Origin: Prasinococcaceae sp. CCMP 1430
Lineage: Eukaryota; Plantae; Prasinodermophyta
Direction of reading: 5' to 3'
Assembly (NCBI GenBank): GCA_013416795.1
Contig: RQSC01000028.1
Coordinates: forward strand, 110,094 to 125,927
DNA length: 15,834 nt
Below, one piece after another: positions 1-8,696 of this stretch (position 1 is its first letter; the number at the start of each line of letters is the position of its first letter). The notes under the pieces are model-generated. The model was not told the DNA's origin, searched no databases, and saw only the letters and a list, made by a program, of their open reading frames with translations. The position numbers were made by a program, and so were the translations under genes.

Positions 1-1
1 G

Positions 2-1054
2 CCGCGCGCGGGCGCCAAGGTGGCCAGCGCGCCCGAGCCCGCCGCGGCGGCCGAGGCGCGCCGGGCGGTGCTCGCCAAGGCGCCGCAGTGGCTGCGCAAG
101 CTGCTCACCACGCCGTTCTTCCGCGCGTGCCCCGCGCACTCGATGCTGCGCAAGGCCGAGCACAACTACTTCTGCATGGAGTGCGCCGTCGGCTTCTGCC
201 AGCACTGCATGCCGCGCCACGTCAGCCACAACGTCCTGCAGATACGGCGGTACGTCTACCACGACGTCGTGCGCCTCTCCGACATCAGCCCGCACATCGA
301 CGTGAGCGGCGTCCAGCCCTACATCATCAACTCGGCGCAGGTGATCTTCCTCAACGAGCGCCCGCAGCCGCGCCCGGGCCGCGGCTCGGGCAACGTGTGC
401 CGCACGTGCGCGCGCTGCCTGCAGGAGCCCCACCAGTTCTGCTCGCTCGCGTGCAAGGCCATCAAACTGCTCGGGGACGGCGTGAACCTCGAGCTGTCGC
501 CGGACAAGGATCGCGCGGCGAAGGGCGCGGCGGCGGCGGCGGCGCCCGCGCCGCAGACCGAGAGGCGCGCCTCTCAGAAGCGGCAGCCGCCGCCCGTGCG
601 CTCGCACTCCGCTTCGGGCGCCGAGGCCAAGCCGCTCGCGCACTCCGACGCCCGCGAAAACAGCGCCGGCGGCAGCGGCTCGCACGAGTCGCCCGCGCTG
701 CCCCTGGTCGTCGAGCGGCGCAAGAGCTCGGTCGTCGCTCAAACGCTCTCCGGCAGACTCAACCCCGAGACACTAAAGGCCATCGGGCTGCAAGCGGGGG
801 CCGGGGACGCCGAGCGCGCGCGGCCGCCGCCGGCGGCGCTCAAGCGGAGTGCGAGCGCCGTGTCCGAGCCGGAGGCGCCGGTGACCTCGGAGGGCGAGAA
901 CGAAATGCACACAGATCCCCACGGCAACGCCGGGGGGTGTACGCTCAAGGCGTCCGGAAGCGGGAGCGGAATGGACGCCTCGGCAGCTGCCTTCGTGACG
1001 TTCACCAGCGCGTCGAGACGCAAGAAGAAGGCGAGGCCGCTGCGGGCGGCGTGA
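2..1054 (+). CDS. PLATZ: PLATZ zinc-dependent DNA-binding transcription factor, 5'-partial
   Basis: Both PLATZ Zn regions are present (CPAH..YFCMEC..FCQHC..H..H and CRTC..FCSLACK), with the linker LQIRRYVYHDVVRL..GVQPYIINSAQVIFLNERPQPRP and a basic RRKK tail. The frame is open from the window edge, so the GTG at 20 is probably not the true start. Confidence 0.93.
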   Translation, partial: PRAGAKVASAPEPAAAAEARRAVLAKAPQWLRKLLTTPFFRACPAHSMLRKAEHNYFCMECAVGFCQHCMPRHVSHNVLQIRRYVYHDVVRLSDISPHIDVSGVQPYIINSAQVIFLNERPQPRPGRGSGNVCRTCARCLQEPHQFCSLACKAIKLLGDGVNLELSPDKDRAAKGAAAAAAPAPQTERRASQKRQPPPVRSHSASGAEAKPLAHSDARENSAGGSGSHESPALPLVVERRKSSVVAQTLSGRLNPETLKAIGLQAGAGDAERARPPPAALKRSASAVSEPEAPVTSEGENEMHTDPHGNAGGCTLKASGSGSGMDASAAAFVTFTSASRRKKKARPLRAA

Positions 1055-1528
1055 GTGCGCCCAGCCGCCGCCCGGATCTGCTGGAGCGATCGGCCGCGTC
1101 ATGCAGCGGGCGGGCATGCGGGGCTGCCGACTTCAGCGTGCATTGTACGATAGTAGCTTCACACCATACGGAGTGGAGGGCATGCTCCACGATTCACAGA
1201 GGGCCGGTGGCACTGCGAAAAGCAGCCGAAGCACTGAGAGCATGTCACACAGGACCCGCGACGTGAAAGGCGCGCTTCCAGGTCGCAGCTCTCGCCACCT
1301 GCGGGACGGACTGCGGCGAGGAATGACGGGCCGACACGTGCGCGTGCGCGAGCGTGCGCGCGCGTACATCTACAGACACCGGCGGACGCTCACGATAGCG
1401 GGGCGACACGCGCCCCTTTTAGATAAAGACACTTCAGAGAGTGTGAGCCACGGAAATGGCCGACTGGCTCCCCCTGCTAGCGGGGGCGAGCGGTGAGGAC
1501 CGCCTGCAATTGCTGACGCAACCAGCGA

Positions 1529-1533
1529 TGTAA
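1529..1533 (+). promoter_or_regulatory. Candidate TGTAA polyadenylation signal for PLATZ
   Basis: TGTAA, the chlorophyte-type poly(A) signal, lies in lower-GC sequence downstream of the PLATZ stop. Confidence 0.4.
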
Positions 1534-1545
1534 CCCCTGTATCCT

Positions 1546-2880
1546 TTACTCAGCCCCGTCCACGCTGATCTCGAGCGTGCGGCGCACCATAGTGAGCCCT
1601 TGGAGCATCGTGCAGCCGACCTTGGTGATTGCGCTGTTGGAGCGCAGGTCGGCTCGCGCGAGCGACGGCGCACCGCCGCACGCGAGTGCGCGCACGAGCG
1701 CACCAAGGCCCGCGTTCCCGAACTCGTTGCTGCGAAGGTCGAGCGACGTGAGCGCCGCCGCGCGATCGCCCTTGAGGCCGTCAGCGAGCTCGGCCAGCTC
1801 CGAGTCCTTGAGCATGGCGTACGAGAGGTCAATCTCCGTGGGCTTTTCCCCCCCGCCGTCCGCGAGGGAGGCCATGGCTGCGGCGAACTTGGACGGAAGC
1901 GCCTTTCGGCGGATCTCGTGCGCGTATTTGACCGCCTCGGCGGTGGCACGCGCTTCCTCGGCTGCCGCTTGTTTGCCCCGCTCCTCGCTCGCGATGATCT
2001 GCGCTTCGCTCTCGCCCGCCACCCTCCTCTGGACGGCCGCCAGCAGCGCGCCCACCAGCAGCGCCGCGCCGCTCAGGCCGCTGGCGGGACGGCCCGACGC
2101 CTCAGCTTCGTCGTTGCCACCCGAAGCGCCGGCGCCGTCGGCGCCGGCGCGCTCCGCGAGCGAGCCCACCACTGCCCGCTTCATGTCCAGCTCGACGGCG
2201 GTGAGATACTCCTCCTCGGTGAGCTCCTCCAAGTGTGTGCCCGGCCTCGCCTCCGGTCCAACTTTCACCTCGGCCTCGAGCTGGTCCTGGCCCGCGTCGC
2301 TGCCCCCCTGCTGCTGCGCGTCGCCTCTCTCAGCACCCTCGCCCCCCCCGAGGCCGCCGCCCACCTCGCGGAAGGTGATCGACCCGCTGCCCTCGCCGAT
2401 CGTCGGCTCCCCTGGGCCCACGCGTGCGTAGCCCCGAATGACGAGCTTGACCCTCATGGACACCACAGCCGTGTCCTTGCCCTTGCGCCGACAGTGCAGA
2501 CACTCGCCATCCGCCAGTGCCTCGGTGACCACCACCCGCAGGGTCGGCGCATCATACACGGCCGTCCCCACGGCGTTGCGTGCGAGCCACGCGCTGGCGA
2601 AGGGTAGCAGGTCCTTCTCCTGCCAGTGCCACGGCTCGGAGCCGCGAGGGCCATCTTCGCTGCCGCCGGGGGGTGCCGCCACGGTCTCGCTCGAGTCCGC
2701 CGTTTCGGCAGCCGCCGGCGCCCCGTCTGTGTCTACGCCTGCGCCCGCCTGCGACGACGGCGCGAACGCGCCGTCGCGGTAGTAGCCCGTGCCCGCCGCG
2801 CCCGTCCCGAAGACGTATCCCCGCCGCGCGCCGCCGAACGCGCCCGCGGCGACGAACGCGCCGCCGCCGCCGTCTCCCAT
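1546..2880 (-). CDS. Protein with an Aha1 N-terminal (Hsp90 activator)-like domain and C-terminal RNI-like leucine-rich repeats, 444 aa
   Basis: WHWQEKDLLPFASAWL and GECLHCRRKGKD resemble the Aha1_N start and RKxK motif. IDLSYAML, LTSLDLRSNEFGNAG and LARADLRSNSAI are LRR units. ATG at 2880, TAA at 1546-1548. Confidence 0.75.
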   Translation of the reverse strand: MGDGGGGAFVAAGAFGGARRGYVFGTGAAGTGYYRDGAFAPSSQAGAGVDTDGAPAAAETADSSETVAAPPGGSEDGPRGSEPWHWQEKDLLPFASAWLARNAVGTAVYDAPTLRVVVTEALADGECLHCRRKGKDTAVVSMRVKLVIRGYARVGPGEPTIGEGSGSITFREVGGGLGGGEGAERGDAQQQGGSDAGQDQLEAEVKVGPEARPGTHLEELTEEEYLTAVELDMKRAVVGSLAERAGADGAGASGGNDEAEASGRPASGLSGAALLVGALLAAVQRRVAGESEAQIIASEERGKQAAAEEARATAEAVKYAHEIRRKALPSKFAAAMASLADGGGEKPTEIDLSYAMLKDSELAELADGLKGDRAAALTSLDLRSNEFGNAGLGALVRALACGGAPSLARADLRSNSAITKVGCTMLQGLTMVRRTLEISVDGAE

Positions 2881-3128
2881 GACCGGCGCGCAGGGCGGGA
2901 GAGTGGGTGGAGGAGCGGAGAGCCCCAGCGCTGAGTGGCACGCCCCTTCCAGCCCGCCTCCCCGCGCGCTCGCCCCCGCGCGCCGCCCCTCTGCGGGCGC
3001 CGCCGCGCTTGACTCCCTCCGGCAGAGGCGGGGGAACGGCGGCTCGGTCCGCGCTCCCGATCCGGCTCGGCGGTGCGCCGATCCGGCACTTCATACCTGA
3101 TATGAGAACACTTGTGAGAAAAAGCACC

Positions 3129-3625
3129 CAGAGAGACGTTCAATCCACCCACGGGCGAGCATTTTAAGCGTGGTCAAAACGAAGGGCGGCGAAACCTCAA
3201 ACCGGTCCCCGTCAAAACGCACCCTCTCGCCTCCCCGCGCGCTCGCCAACAGCAGAGAGACGATCGCATCGCCCACGGGCGATCATTCCGTGGCCCTTCT
3301 CAGCGCCGTCAAAACGAAGGGCGGCGAATTCGCCCCATCAAAACGCAGGCGCTTCGTCCTCCCCCGCGCTCGCTTATAGCAGAGAGCCGATTGCATCGCC
3401 CACGGGCGATCATTCCGAGGCCCGTCTCAGCGCCATCAAAACGGAAGGTGCCGAAAAGGCTTCATCAAAACGCATGCGCTTCGTCCCCTCTCCGCGCTCG
3501 CTTTTAGCAAACAGACAATCAAATCGCCCACGGGCGATCCTTCCGAGGCCCCTCTCAGCGCCGTCAAAACGAAGGGCGGCGAAATCGCCCCATCAAAACG
3601 CATGCGCTTCGTCCCGCCCGCCCCG
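3129..3625. repeat. Degenerate tandem repeat, ~127-bp unit, about 4 copies
   Basis: CCCACGGGCGA recurs at 3148, 3272, 3399 and 3527 (periods 124, 127, 128). TCAAAACG occurs twice per unit (3174/3212, 3309/3338, 3436/3465, 3564/3593). Confidence 0.9.
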
Positions 3626-3634
3626 CGCCCAATC

Positions 3635-3662
3635 CTTCCCGCCAAAACGTTTTGGCGGGAAG
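3635..3662. promoter_or_regulatory. Perfect 28-bp palindrome made of two inverted E2F-type sites
   Basis: CTTCCCGCCAAAAC|GTTTTGGCGGGAAG. Each half contains TTTGGCGG (E2F consensus TTTSSCGS). It lies upstream of MCM3, a typical E2F target. Confidence 0.6.
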
Positions 3663-4573
3663 CGCGCGGGCGAACGGGCCTCCGCACCGAAAAGGGGGGT
3701 CGCCATCAGAACGCATGCGAGCGCCGCGCCCGCGAGGGCGCAACACACCCCGCCGCGCATCGCGCCGTCGCCTATCCTCATCCGCGCGGAAATCGCAGCG
3801 GATTCGCGCAAAACCAACCAAAACAGCGCGAAAGGATTCCAAACCCAAAACCCACCCGCGACGCGCACGAGGGGGCAAAACGAAACAAAACAAAAACGTC
3901 GTGCGGAAGGGGGCGTCCGAACCGCATCCGTGTGCCCAATCGGTCCGGCACCAGAACGAGGGCAGTCACGTCAAATTGCAATGGTACACGCGCGAACCCA
4001 AACCCTGACCCGAACCCTGGGAGGTTCCCACCCGTTCGCACGTTCAAAAACACGTGCGAGCGTCCCGAGCGCGCGCGGCAGAATCCGCGGGGGCGGGAGC
4101 GGCGCGTTGCGCGGCATCCGGCGTGCGGGATCTCGTAGAGATCGAGATCTCTGCGCGCGCGGTTTGGCCGCGCGGCGCGGGCGCTTTGGCGAGCGCAGGG
4201 GCTGGCGGGCGGAGAAGGATGGGTTGGGGTGCGAGTGGGTGCGGGCGGGTGCCACACCGCATCCCTGTCTCTCCTCGGAGGGAGCAGAGCCATGGCCGCC
4301 GCGACCCGCGCCTCGATGCCCGCCGCCGGCGCGCGCCGCGCCGCCTGGGGCGAGCTGCTCCTTCTGCTGGTTGAGCATCCGCTCGCGCGCGCCGCCGGGG
4401 TGGGAGAGGGGCCGCGGAGGGCGCGAGAAGGAGTGCGATCCCTCGCTGCGCGCGCGCACGGATATCGACGCGCGCTGTGGAGACTGACCCCGGCGCGCCT
4501 TCGGCTGCTCTCTCGACTGCGCTCGCGCGCGCGCCTCCCGCGCGGCCCCCACGCCCCCCCGTTGCGCACGCAG

Positions 4574-6414
4574 CGCGGCGTGCGCCGCACGCCCACCGAG
4601 TACCTGTCGCCTTTCGAGCGCGCCGTCGAGGACGTGGTCAAGCAGAAGTCGCCCGCGTACCTCAAGGAGGGAGAGTCCGTGCGCGTGGGCTTCGAGGGGC
4701 AGTTCGGCTTCCACCGCGTGTCGCCGCGCGAGCTGCTCTCGCCCTTCCTGGGCACGCTCGTGCAGGTGGAGGGCATCGTCACCAAGTGCTCGGTGGTGCG
4801 CCCCAAGCTGGTGAAGTCGGCGCACTACATCAAGGCCAAGGACGAGCTCATGTTCCGCGAGTACCGCGACATGACGAGCTTCGACGGCCCGGCCACCGGC
4901 GCGAGCTACCCCACGCAGGACGCCGACGGCAACAAGCTCGAGACGGAGTTCGGCAGGTGCGTGTACAAGGACCACCAGTCGCTGGTCATCCAGGAGATGC
5001 CCGAGAACGCTCCGCCCGGCCAGCTGCCGCGCTCGGTGGAGGTCGTCGTCGAGGAGGACCTCGTCGACAAGTCCAAGCCCGGTGACCGCGTGCAGATCGT
5101 GGGCATCTACCGCCCGGTCGGCTCCAAGAGCGGCAACGCCGGCTCGGGCATCTACCGCACGCTGCTCGTGGGCAACTCGATCAAGACCATCGGCCGCAAC
5201 CGCGGGTCGAAGGCCGCCCTGACCGCCGCGGACATCAGGCTGATGAGGCAAGTCGTCAAGCGCAACGACGCCCTCGCGTACATGGGCGAGTCGCTCGCGC
5301 CGTCCATCTGCGGCCACCAGGACGTCAAGGAGGCCATCCTGCTGCTGCTGGCCGGCGGCGTCGAGAAGACCCTCGAGAACAAGACGCACCTGCGTGGCGA
5401 CGTCAACATGCTCATGGTCGGCGATCCCAGCGTCGCCAAGTCGCAGCTCCTGCGCTGCGTCATGAACATCTCCCCGCTGGCGGTGAGCACGACCGGCCGC
5501 GGCAGCAGCGGCGTCGGTCTGACCGCCGCCGTGACCACCGACCAGGAGACCGGCGACCGCCAGCTCGAGGCGGGCGCGATGGTGCTCGCCGATCGCGGCG
5601 TCGTGTGCATCGACGAGTTCGACAAGATGTCCGACATGGACCGCGTGGCCATCCACGAGACGATGGAGCAGCAGACCGTCACCATCGCCAAGGCGGGCAT
5701 CCACACGACGCTCAACGCGCGCTGCAGCGTCGTGGCCGCGGCCAACCCTGTGTATGGCACCTACGACACGTCGCGCTCCATGATGGAGAACGTCGGCCTC
5801 CCCGACTCGCTGCTGTCTCGCTTCGACCTCCTCTTCATCCTGCTGGACAAGATGGACCCCGAGCTGGACGCGCGCATTGGCGAGCACGTGCTGCGCATGC
5901 ACCGCTTCCGCGGCAAGGGCGTCGGCGGCGCCGCCGTGGCCGCCATGGAGGACGACGCGGACGCCGAGGAGGAGGAGTCTGCGTACGCACCCTACGACGC
6001 GCTGCTGCACGGGAAGCGCCGGAGCGGGCGCCAGCAGCTGCTGAGCACCGCCTTCCTTCGCAAGATGATCAACTACACCAAGGAAAGGTTCGAGCCGCAG
6101 CTCACAGAGGAGGCCTCGGAGATCATCGCCAACAAGTACACCGAGCTGCGCCAGAACGGGGGCAACAGCAGCCTGCCCATCACCGCGCGTACGCTCGAGA
6201 CGATGGTCCGCCTGGCGACGGCGCACGCGCGCCTCATGCAGCGCAAGAAGGTCAGCACGCGCGACGCCACCGTCGCCACCGAGCTGCTCGCGCGCGCCAT
6301 CGGCGGCGAGGCTGCGGCGGCAGAGGAGCGCGCGGGCGGCAGCGGCCGGGGTGGCGCCAACGGCAAGAGCAGCGGCGGCAGCGGCGAGGGCGGTGCCGAC
6401 GGCGGCGATGGCAG
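4574..6414 (+). CDS. MCM3: DNA replication licensing factor MCM3, large internal exon (N-terminal domain, OB fold, AAA+)
   Basis: RVGFEGQFGFHRVSPREL, EGIVTKCSVVRPK, MCM3-type Walker A GDPSVAKSQLLR, Walker B IDEFDKM and Arg finger SRFD. Preceded by acceptor GCACGCAG ending at 4573, with CTGAC at 4484. The exon end is inferred at AG|GCGCGG (6414/6415). Confidence 0.93.
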
Positions 6415-7808
6415 GCGCGGGCGAGCGGCGCGGCCGCCCGGGCCTCGACGACCGCGGCGTGCCCTCGGGCCGCCACCCCCCGTGCTGCGACCTAAGCCTC
6501 CGCCTTGGCAGCGAGCCTGCTGGCGGCGGCCTTGGCCGAGACGTCGGCGTAGCGCGACACGTGCTGCACGGTCTCGCCGATGGCGGCGCGCCACTGGGCG
6601 AGCTGCGCGCGCAGCGCCGCCCAGTCCTCGCCGCCGAACGTCCTGCGCGCGACCTTGGAGGTGGTGACGCAGCGGCCGAGCTGGTCGATCTGCGCCTCGA
6701 ACACGCCCGCGCCGATCGCCTCGACCACCCACTCCTCCACCTCGCCCTCCTCGATGGCGAGGTCGGCCACGATGTCGGCGTACGACATCGTGCCCTCCGC
6801 CGAGCGCGTCGCCAGCGCGGCGAGCGACTGCAGCCGCATGCGCCGCCCCGCCTGCGCGGCATCCAGCCCCAGGCCGCCCAGCAGGCCGCCGTTGGCCGCC
6901 ACGAGCCGCGCGTAGTCGCCGTAGGTGCCTGTGAGGAAGATCTTCAGCAGCGCGTGCGCGGGCGCGTCGGCGCCCTCAAGCTGCGCCACGGCGGGCAGCG
7001 AGAGCAGGTCCGACCCGAAGACGCCCTCGCACTGGATGAGGCCAGCGACGGCGCGCCGCGCGGCGGGCACCGCCTCGGCCATCGCCGCGTCCCCCGCGCC
7101 GAAGGACGCCAGGTAGCGGTCGAGCTGCGCGAGCGCACGCTCGCCGCACAGCGCGCCGCCCTCGGGCGCCCACAGCAGCTCCGAGGCCGCGAGGTGCAGC
7201 GGGCGCATCTCCGCCGCGGGCACGCCCCACGCCTTCTGCAGCGACGACAGCGCGCCGATCACGGAGGACACCTCGTCGGCCTGGCCCGTCGCGCGCGCGT
7301 AGGCGAACGCCGCGCCGAGCGCCTGGAGCTTGGCCGCGGGGAAGGGCGCGAAGCTGAAGAGGTGCAGCATGTGGCGCAGGCGCAGCGCGGGGCGCTGCTC
7401 CTCGGCCTGCGACGCCGCGAGCGCGGCCGCGAGCGACGCGACCAGCGCGGCGCACGCGGCCGCGTCGCCGACGTTCTTCACCATCGACGACATGATCATC
7501 ATCACGGTGTGCGAGTCCTCCTCGTCCTCGTACTGGCAGATCTCCTCGAGGTGCCCCGCGAGCGTCTGGGCGTACTTGGCGTGCTCCCCGGCCTGCGCGA
7601 GCGCCTCGAGCTGCTGCGCGCCGGCCTCGCCGCCGAGCGCGCCCGTCTCCGCGGCGAACTGCGCGACGGCAGAGCCCACGCCATCCTCGTGCATGTCCAC
7701 CAGGTACGCGCCCCCCGTGGAGGGGTCCATCACCGCCGCCATGGCCGCGCCCCCTCCGGTCGAGAGCGGCGGCGCGCGCCGCGGCGGCGAGGCGGGCGCT
7801 GATGGCAG
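6415..7808 (+). other. Inferred 1394-nt GC-AG intron of MCM3 containing the antisense eIF3m gene
   Basis: Removing 6415..7808 joins the two MCM3 frames exactly (..GAT GGC AG|C GGA AAG.., DGSGK). GC donor after exonic CAG; CAG acceptor preceded by CTGAT. An alternative GC donor at 6421 is also in frame. Confidence 0.7.
6492..7742 (-). CDS. eIF3m: Eukaryotic translation initiation factor 3 subunit M (PCI domain), intronless, 416 aa
   Basis: RPALRL, YLASF, DLLSLPAVAQLE, LLKIFLT, MRLQSLAALA, VEEWVVEAI..IDQL and RTFGGEDWAALRAQLAQWR match the eIF3m motif order. Start GCGGCC-ATG-G at 7742, TAG at 6492-6494. Confidence 0.88.
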   Translation of the reverse strand: MAAVMDPSTGGAYLVDMHEDGVGSAVAQFAAETGALGGEAGAQQLEALAQAGEHAKYAQTLAGHLEEICQYEDEEDSHTVMMIMSSMVKNVGDAAACAALVASLAAALAASQAEEQRPALRLRHMLHLFSFAPFPAAKLQALGAAFAYARATGQADEVSSVIGALSSLQKAWGVPAAEMRPLHLAASELLWAPEGGALCGERALAQLDRYLASFGAGDAAMAEAVPAARRAVAGLIQCEGVFGSDLLSLPAVAQLEGADAPAHALLKIFLTGTYGDYARLVAANGGLLGGLGLDAAQAGRRMRLQSLAALATRSAEGTMSYADIVADLAIEEGEVEEWVVEAIGAGVFEAQIDQLGRCVTTSKVARRTFGGEDWAALRAQLAQWRAAIGETVQHVSRYADVSAKAAASRLAAKAEA

Positions 7809-8172
7809 CGGAAAGGACGCCGCCGCGGCGGCGGAGGAGGAGCCCGAGGTGCCCGAGGCGCAGCCGGGCGCCGAGGCGCTCGAGAAGGCACAGGCCATTG
7901 CCGGCAAGCTCAGCGAAGCGCAGACCGACATGCTGGAGAAGGCCATCGCGCTGCACTTCAAGCATCTTGAGGAGGCCGGTGGGGACGAGGGCGCGCAGAC
8001 GACCGTGGGCGCCATCGCAGCTGCGACCAACGCCGCCCTCCCAGCGACGCCGTTCACGCTCGAGCAGGTGTTCGCGTACCTGCGCACGATGGACAGCAGC
8101 GGCCGCATCATGCTCGTTGGCCACGACGACGACAGCGTCGCCACCGAGGATGTTGAGGTGCACCTCGTCTGA
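7809..8172 (+). CDS. MCM3: MCM3 last exon (acidic linker and C-terminal winged-helix domain)
   Basis: PFTLEQVFAYLRTMDSSGRIMLV...VHLV* resembles the MCM3 C-terminus, which is absent from the upstream ORF. Same strand, and frame-compatible through the inferred intron. Confidence 0.8.
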
Positions 8173-8444
8173 GTGCTCCAACGGGGCGAGGCGCGGCGAG
8201 GCGCTTCAAGGCGCGGCGCACACACCCAGCCCGCACATGAGACATTTGAGCAACGGTCTAGCCAGTAGGGCATCACGTAAGTGAGGACGTGGCACCAAAG
8301 CACGTGCACGAAGCACGTGCACGCGCGCGAGCTGCGCGTGCGCGCGAGAGAGCAGGGGCGTGGAACGTGCTGTCAGGTCTACTTTGTCGTGTCGCGCCGT
8401 GTCGCGCCATCGTTCTCTAGCTGGGTGCGCGAGTGTTCGTCCGA

Positions 8445-8696
8445 TCAGTTGAAGACCTCCTTGAGCATCTTGTTGGGGCCGGCACTGCCGTCGTCGTCGA
8501 CAAACGTGGCGCGGTGGTACGCGAGACCCGCGACGGTGCCGGCGGCGGCAGCGCCGCCGATGACGGAGGCACGGGGCAGCGAGCTCTTCGCGAGGCACGC
8601 CAGCGTGCCGGCGAGCGAGCCGAGCGTGGCCCCTCCGGCACAGCACAGGTCGGTGTGTCTTTGGCCGGCGTTGTGATGGATGCGATAGACCCTGTC
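8445..8696 (-). CDS. DUF1757-like small membrane protein, exon 2
   Basis: Follows acceptor TTCGCAG. DRVYRIHHNAGQRHTD resembles the DRxYRxxxNxxQxxxD motif of this family, followed by Gly/Ala-rich hydrophobic segments. TGA at 8445-8447. Confidence 0.72.
   Translation of the reverse strand, partial: DRVYRIHHNAGQRHTDLCCAGGATLGSLAGTLACLAKSSLPRASVIGGAAAAGTVAGLAYHRATFVDDDGSAGPNKMLKEVFN

Noticed and set aside
3129-3625. CRISPR-like array (palindromic repeats at regular spacing)
   Set aside because: The intervening sequences are homologous to each other rather than unique spacers, the period is too long, the context is eukaryotic and there are no cas genes.
6415-6667. Arg/Pro-rich C-terminus of the 812-aa MCM3 ORF
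   Set aside because: Read-through into the inferred intron and antisense eIF3m. The MCM3-like C-terminus is at 7809-8172.
3971-6862. 963-aa minus-strand ORF
   Set aside because: Antisense shadow of MCM3 caused by extreme GC3; no recognisable domain.
6415-7800. Autonomous or TIR transposon carrying eIF3m
   Set aside because: No transposase, terminal inverted repeats, LTRs or poly(A) tail are visible; only the 8-bp direct repeat is supported.
7743-8309. N-terminal extension making eIF3m 605 aa
   Set aside because: Non-ATG start and antisense to the MCM3 last exon. eIF3m similarity and a good start context begin at 7742.
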